Origin: Pecten maximus | Lineage: Eukaryota | Direction: 5' to 3' | DNA length: 64,000 bases | NCBI RefSeq assembly: GCF_902652985.1 | Contig: NC_047030.1 | Span: 1,116,001 to 1,180,000, forward strand | Shown here: positions 61,401-64,000 of the stretch, piece after piece | Position numbering within the stretch: position 1 is the stretch's first letter | How the letters are laid out: the number at the start of each line of letters is the position of its first letter | Notes under the pieces: model-generated | Database searches by the model: none | Told to the model about the DNA's origin: nothing | What the model saw: the letters and a program-made list of their open reading frames with translations, nothing else | Translations under genes and position numbers: made by a program

Positions 61401-63402
61401 ATTTATATTGATGAAATATATGTCCGAACGATGATTATACGAGTGTCTGTGCCTACGTGTAATGAAATTAACGCCAAAATATACAGGAAAAGGGCGTATG
61501 GTAGACAAACACAGTATGTCTTTACGGTAATTAGTGATACTTCGGGTCGAATTAAGAATTTTAAGGACTTAATACTCGAAGAACTTTGGGTTATCTTGAG
61601 GGTAAAACTGCCTTATTAATAGAAAGATAATAATTTTACTAATCGAGAAAAATACATCATTTCAGTAAGTTTAATTTTGACGACCTTAACTTTATTCAAA
61701 CGAAGGAATGTCCCTTTAAGAAATATTTAAAGTCCACCACAGGCACAGCATTCACAGCAATAAGCATCAGTTAATTATAATTATTTCAAACATTTTTTTT
61801 CTCGAAACAACAAAATAGGTTTAGTGTGGATAATCAAAGGATGAGGGTAGTTCTTTAAAATACGGATGGTCAAGTACTTTCATTATTTCAAATGATGTTA
61901 TAATACTAATTAAAGTTTCCACGATCAGCGAAGACATCCCCGCAAAAATGATCGGTTATACGATATACATTTTTATAATCATTGCTGAATCTCAAAAAGA
62001 TCGGCATTAATTTATGAAATATTTTAATTTTGCTTATTGACAACAATAGGGGAACTCTTGCGCTGCTCAACGCTTTCTTTTTTAATATCAATTTGAATAG
62101 GTTGTGAATGATGTAAGGTTAAAACAGGTTTATTACATCTTTTGATATTCTAAGATACATTGAAATAGAATTTTGATAATAGTAATATCAATCGTATAAC
62201 GCTAGTAAGATATAACTCGTGAATTCGGTCATTTAAGAGTAAAACTAACTTTGAAGGTTTCCTGTCTGATTCCAGTGCTGTAGATATAATGTTTCTTGTG
62301 ATGAGATTTAAAGTGCTTATATCATTGGGAAATTATACCAGAATGATTGTATCATTATAAAAACATACATAACTTTTATAACGTGGCGATATTATTATCC
62401 CCTGTCATCCTCCATCATATTTAAATATATTAAACATGTGTTGTTTATGATAGCATGGCTTTGGATGGTTGTGTAATGCACAAAACCCGGAATACAACGC
62501 TTACGATTAATCAGTTTTAAATGGCGATGTACTGCAATATATCTATAAAAATATATTTGTAGAGGAAACACGGAAATGTAACACAATTACCTACATCGGC
62601 GTTTCAATTCTAGGAATGTTTTAATCAGATCCAGCGATCATATTTAATACGTTATCATACGGTGGCTTAATTGATTTATCGCCCAGACGTATCAGCCAGT
62701 GTTCATTATTTTATATTGTATATAATTATGAAATGTATTTGCGTCGGTACATGAGTTATTATCTGTTTATCAACATATTGAACAATTCACAGATATACTG
62801 CACTATCTGGATTTTTTTTTATAGCGAATAGCACATTTTAATGAGTTTATTACTAAATACAATGGACTGTATATACCTCAGGTAGATACAACCATTATGC
62901 AGCATTTCGGGAATCAGGGATGTGGAAAAACCCAACAGGCTTCAACAAATAATGAATATTGAAGGGGGGGGATTCTGATTCTGATTCTGAGTTAATAGAA
63001 GTACGGTTTGGTTTACGTATAGAAGAGGGGTCCTGACTATTTTAACGTGTTTTTGGTGTATGGCTGGTTTTGGTAAAGGTGTTTCTTTGATACAGGAAGT
63101 CATTGAAAGACATGCGTGTAGGTAAAGAAACAAAACTTGTTGAACCCATAAGTATATGTCGACAACAACACACCATGTCTATTACTCTGCTTAAGCCGAT
63201 TTCCAGCTAATACATTTGAAATCTTTGATTTTATTCATTTTAACACGTTAGTTAGTTGAGCTCATCATGATATATGTTTTCATTTAAGGCTCGCGGAACT
63301 GTTGCCGATATGTCTGAAGAAGTCTTCCTGAGTTTAAATAGGGGAACATCCTTCCTTCACATCGAGGTTAAGGGGCAAAGGAAAGGAGAAATACGGACAA
63401 AT
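10329..63402 (+). CDS. chrd: Chordin / short gastrulation (BMP antagonist), partial spliced gene with 14 exons: CR1 VWC domain, linker and 4 CHRD domains
   Basis: Manual splicing of 10329-10429, 30020-30152 (or 30146), 41708-41815, 42293-42419, 48231-48321, 50325-50466, 50821-50949, 51928-52007, 53602-53740, 55634-55746, 56875-57009, 57515-57671, 60460-60683 and 63289-63402. All junctions are AG/GT and phase-compatible, with no stops. The peptide is colinear with vertebrate chordin as I recall it (CR1 Cys pattern; CGxW, ETF...GG, AGSA, AGHxW...CxLHY, GExR motifs). Both ends are incomplete. Confidence 0.93.
11405..11650 (-). mobile_element. 5'-truncated copy of the SINE family
   Basis: Reverse complement of ~5928-6175, including the (GGTTT)n-like tail. 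Confidence 0.92.
12297..13060. repeat. 43-bp tandem repeat grading into ~65-bp composite units
   Basis: Unit cgagaaatagctaatgtagagccagtcataggtaatgaagctt. Confidence 0.93.
14789..14930. repeat. 51-bp tandem repeat, ~2.8 copies
   Basis: gaattatgtaaaggtaatc... at 14789, 14840 and 14891. Confidence 0.93.
16167..16451. repeat. 29-bp minisatellite, ~10 copies
   Basis: Unit taagtatgacgtccagggttatctatcct. Confidence 0.93.
17180..17682 (-). mobile_element. Full-length, more diverged copy of the SINE family
   Basis: Reverse-complement homology to 5640-6178, including the 5' leader. Flanked by a 12-bp TSD with one mismatch: ttcttatgagga (17168-17179) and ttctgatgagga (17683-17694). Confidence 0.9.
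19156..19690. mobile_element. Hairpin/inverted-repeat non-autonomous element, rearranged
   Basis: The block tttaagcattgatgtca...gtttcatcggggtatgaa occurs three times (~19156, ~19282, ~19571) and once inverted (~19657-19690). Confidence 0.7.
19691..22292. repeat. 22-23-bp satellite, ~110 copies
   Basis: Unit gtgtttagataaattcactcat(t/a). Confidence 0.98.
23265..23678. repeat. 46-bp tandem repeat, ~9 copies
   Basis: Unit atggcttaaaacgaaaattctcacacacaaatagatataccaaagt and variants. Confidence 0.92.
25978..26795. repeat. 27-bp minisatellite, ~30 copies
   Basis: Unit aaaaactt(a/t)agagatgtatatacggtt. Confidence 0.97.
29629..29698 (+). mobile_element. 3'-terminal fragment of the SINE family
   Basis: Nearly identical to ~6099-6168. 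Confidence 0.9.
30020..30152 (+). CDS. chrd: chordin exon, C-terminal half of CR1 (alternative end at 30146)
   Basis: ttgtacag acceptor. Encodes LMKKGILHHYGKVRCVKIENECPLPNCPNPILLPGKCCKSCP(GE), including the CCxxC motif. Donors gtgaga (30147) and gtaagt (30153) are both phase 1. Confidence 0.92.
33113..33240. repeat. Cluster of short hairpins, possible MITE remnant
   Basis: Stems aatttttg...caaaaatt and ttttcgtctttt...aaaagatgaaaa, with the direct repeat ccttaattttcg. Confidence 0.45.
33687..35380. repeat. 847-bp direct tandem duplication (33687-34533 and 34534-35380)
   Basis: Near-identical copies at a constant 847-bp offset, with scattered substitutions. Confidence 0.97.
35399..35503 (+). 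mobile_element. 5'-truncated SINE copy with a perfect 13-bp TSD
   Basis: TSD ccaacacagacca at 35386-35398 and 35504-35516. The body matches the 3' end of 5640-6178. Confidence 0.93.
35590..36770. repeat. 49-bp tandem repeat, ~24 copies
   Basis: Unit aaggtagcatataaccttaacgctaacacaaatcacgtgtatgatgtgt. Confidence 0.97.
37186..38074. repeat. 52-bp tandem repeat, ~17 near-identical copies
   Basis: Unit aagtagtggttaatgacacccatttacgatgtgaacgtgtaacgttttgata. Confidence 0.98.
41708..41815 (+). CDS. chrd: chordin exon, acidic linker between CR1 and CHRD1
   Basis: Pyrimidine tract plus ttgcag acceptor, gtgagc donor, phase 1 to phase 1. Encodes xMTFEDRYSLLPVDLEAEVDAALTGDGKTIDKYKSK. Supported by splice sites and frame more than by homology. 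Confidence 0.75.
42293..42419 (+). CDS. chrd: chordin exon, start of CHRD1
   Basis: ttttgtag acceptor, gtaata donor. Encodes NYIALLVGRNVPGRIPVYTRAVAVVKLKVTNAGGIQYTLRHER (compare chordin DFVALLTG...AVARA). Confidence 0.9.
43747..44930 (+). mobile_element. Putative non-autonomous retroposon with an internal array of TCGTARGAGGCGACTAAA motifs
   Basis: About 16 motif copies at 43788-44550, including five 29-bp units at 43893-44037. A-rich 3' tail at ~44898-44930. Possible TSD cgttttg at 43740-43746 and 44931-44937. Confidence 0.55.
45525..45900. repeat. 30-bp minisatellite, ~12 copies, decaying to ~46170
   Basis: Unit gtaatatatacattgtatattatccttggt. Confidence 0.95.
48231..48321 (+). CDS. chrd: chordin exon, CHRD1
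   Basis: gcacag acceptor after a T-tract, gtattt donor. Encodes LNRPKSIQMIDRNGNVLIQKRLEAPTDDNK (compare LDRPTRIRFSDSNGSVL). Confidence 0.9.
50325..50466 (+). CDS. chrd: chordin exon, end of CHRD1
   Basis: tttatag acceptor, gtattt donor. Encodes YCGEWTTIPFYYLRYLHKKEIIITITTFSYPEGEVSGRPEVDTRHNP (compare VCGVWRAVP...HPSGEVWG). Confidence 0.92.
50821..50949 (+). CDS. chrd: chordin exon, start of CHRD2
   Basis: tgtatag acceptor, gtaagt donor. Encodes ETFGVLLVSPKLDGTGGYAALTYGLKKKRISYTIIHDGLFNSK. Confidence 0.92.
51928..52007 (+). CDS. chrd: chordin exon, CHRD2 (basic)
   Basis: tttgttaag acceptor, gtaaat donor. Phase 1 in and phase 0 out bridge the neighbouring exons. Encodes RKRQEYFITIEKRTKILHQKTRKSRRK. 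Confidence 0.8.
52023..52640. repeat. 65-bp tandem repeat, ~9.5 copies, starting ~15 bp after a chordin splice donor
   Basis: Unit tgataccacagggccttggcataccatggtctttatactagaggactatagtccccgtgtaaatg. Confidence 0.96.
53602..53740 (+). CDS. chrd: chordin exon, end of CHRD2
   Basis: atttcag acceptor, gtgagt donor. Encodes NKLRGFWKSTNKKNRKLLVRGRLRLRLTSKGGTSIIGYIKPVFTCG (compare L..G.L......ISGHI...SC). Confidence 0.9.
55634..55746 (+). CDS. chrd: chordin exon, start of CHRD3
   Basis: attcag acceptor. Encodes SYQAVLSTGGSLYGRQGPLASAGSAVFDVHDNGDVDYK (compare LQSVLCG...AAGSA......GSLIYQ). Ends at the first of several AAG/gtacat donors. Confidence 0.9.
55732..56847. repeat. 27-bp minisatellite derived from a chordin exon/intron junction
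   Basis: Unit GATGTAGATTACAAG|gtacatatcact. Shorter 15-bp sub-units appear in the middle of the array. Confidence 0.96.
56875..57009 (+). CDS. chrd: chordin exon, CHRD3
   Basis: tattgcag acceptor, gtatgt donor. Encodes IRLFNMQNMVTSISVDTSTKSGSRNNRMRDVIRTYVRNGTSYDGM. Confidence 0.87.
57300..57353 (+). mobile_element. Tail-only SINE insertion with an 8-bp TSD
   Basis: ccttagctgttaataggacgttaaacaaaataaaccaaacc, with TSD agttcata at 57292-57299 and 57354-57361. Confidence 0.88.
57515..57671 (+). CDS. chrd: chordin exon, end of CHRD3
   Basis: tcccttag acceptor, gtaaac donor. Encodes ATGKLSKLRAKDIALLQAGRLHVNVATIANRISVLRGSIERLDYLSHVDIFQ (compare L.LNV.T......LRG). Confidence 0.92.
60460..60683 (+). 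CDS. chrd: chordin exon, CHRD4
   Basis: ttttacag acceptor, gtaaaa donor. Encodes DPPTMLMSSKASPTGVAGHTWISVGDNCVLHYQIVLSGWRGQDEDLTALITGDYDTTVSTNAIYTIIITDFHDGK (compare [23 protein letters not shown]). Confidence 0.94.
63289..63402 (+). CDS. chrd: chordin exon, end of CHRD4
   Basis: catttaag acceptor, gtaaga donor. Encodes ARGTVADMSEEVFLSLNRGTSFLHIEVKGQRKGEIRTN (compare AQGVVKDL...L.KG...L.I..KG...GELR). Confidence 0.92.
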
Positions 63403-64000
63403 GTAAGACACTAACTCACTCTCAAATTAATTTGATGTGATATTTTGTGTGTAATGTTTCATTGTTTCAGGGGTTTAACGTCCCCGTGACAGCCAGGTTA
63501 ATAAGAACACGGGTGTCAACGAGACACCAGTGGAGGAAACAAGGCAGTGAGGAAATAACGGAAAGATTTAAGATCGCAAGTACTGCCAGGGGGCAGAAGA
63601 TATATGTTGGTCTCTATAATGTCCCCTAAATAATAGACATGGACGAATGTCCCCAATTTATCAGGGGGACAGTCACCTTCTCGATCAACATGCGGATACA
63701 ATAGGCCTTATTCATTATTCATGTACCTTCGAATTTTCTCTGAACAGAGAACAAATGGGAAACCACCCCCAACCCCACAGAGGGCCCCACAATTACGAAA
63801 TACAGAGATACAGCCGGCGTTTCTTTCCTCGCTCCTTCACGGGTTTCTGTGTTTAACGTCATATTGATATTGCAATTAGTCAGAAAGACCAGTAATCATA
63901 TGAAAACATTTTATACTACCATTAAAATAACAACCAATTTTATAATCCTGTTCATGAAGTATTAAAATACCACAGACGTGTAAACATTACAAAAAAAAAA

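Noticed and set aside
63471-63629. Possible next chordin exon after a good tttcag acceptor
   Set aside because: Lacks the expected Cys after CHRD4, runs into a stop, and begins with an antisense SINE-type tail (gtttaacgtcccc...acagccagg).

Overview
AT-rich eukaryotic genomic DNA, most likely from a mollusc (bivalve-like, inferred from the SINE type). It contains no prokaryotic genes and no CRISPR array. The main feature is missed by the ORF track: a spliced + strand chordin/short gastrulation (chrd/sog) gene. I could join 14 GT-AG exons between 10329 and 63402 into one open frame of about 596-598 codons, encoding the 10-Cys VWC domain CR1, a linker and four CHRD domains. The signal-peptide exon and CR2-CR4 were not found in the window. 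The introns and flank hold about 18 different tandem repeats, a SINE family (2 full-length and several 5'-truncated copies, some with target-site duplications), hairpin-type elements and an 847-bp tandem duplication. The most unusual observations are: (1) a 27-bp minisatellite built from a chordin exon/intron junction, giving 11 in-frame competing splice donors; (2) a SINE whose fixed 5' end is a ~140-bp structured leader placed before the tRNA-like head, whose core motif TCGTAAGAGGCGACTAAA is also amplified ~16 times in another putative retroposon; (3) a very basic second CHRD domain. All long ORFs in the track are artefacts of tandem repeats.
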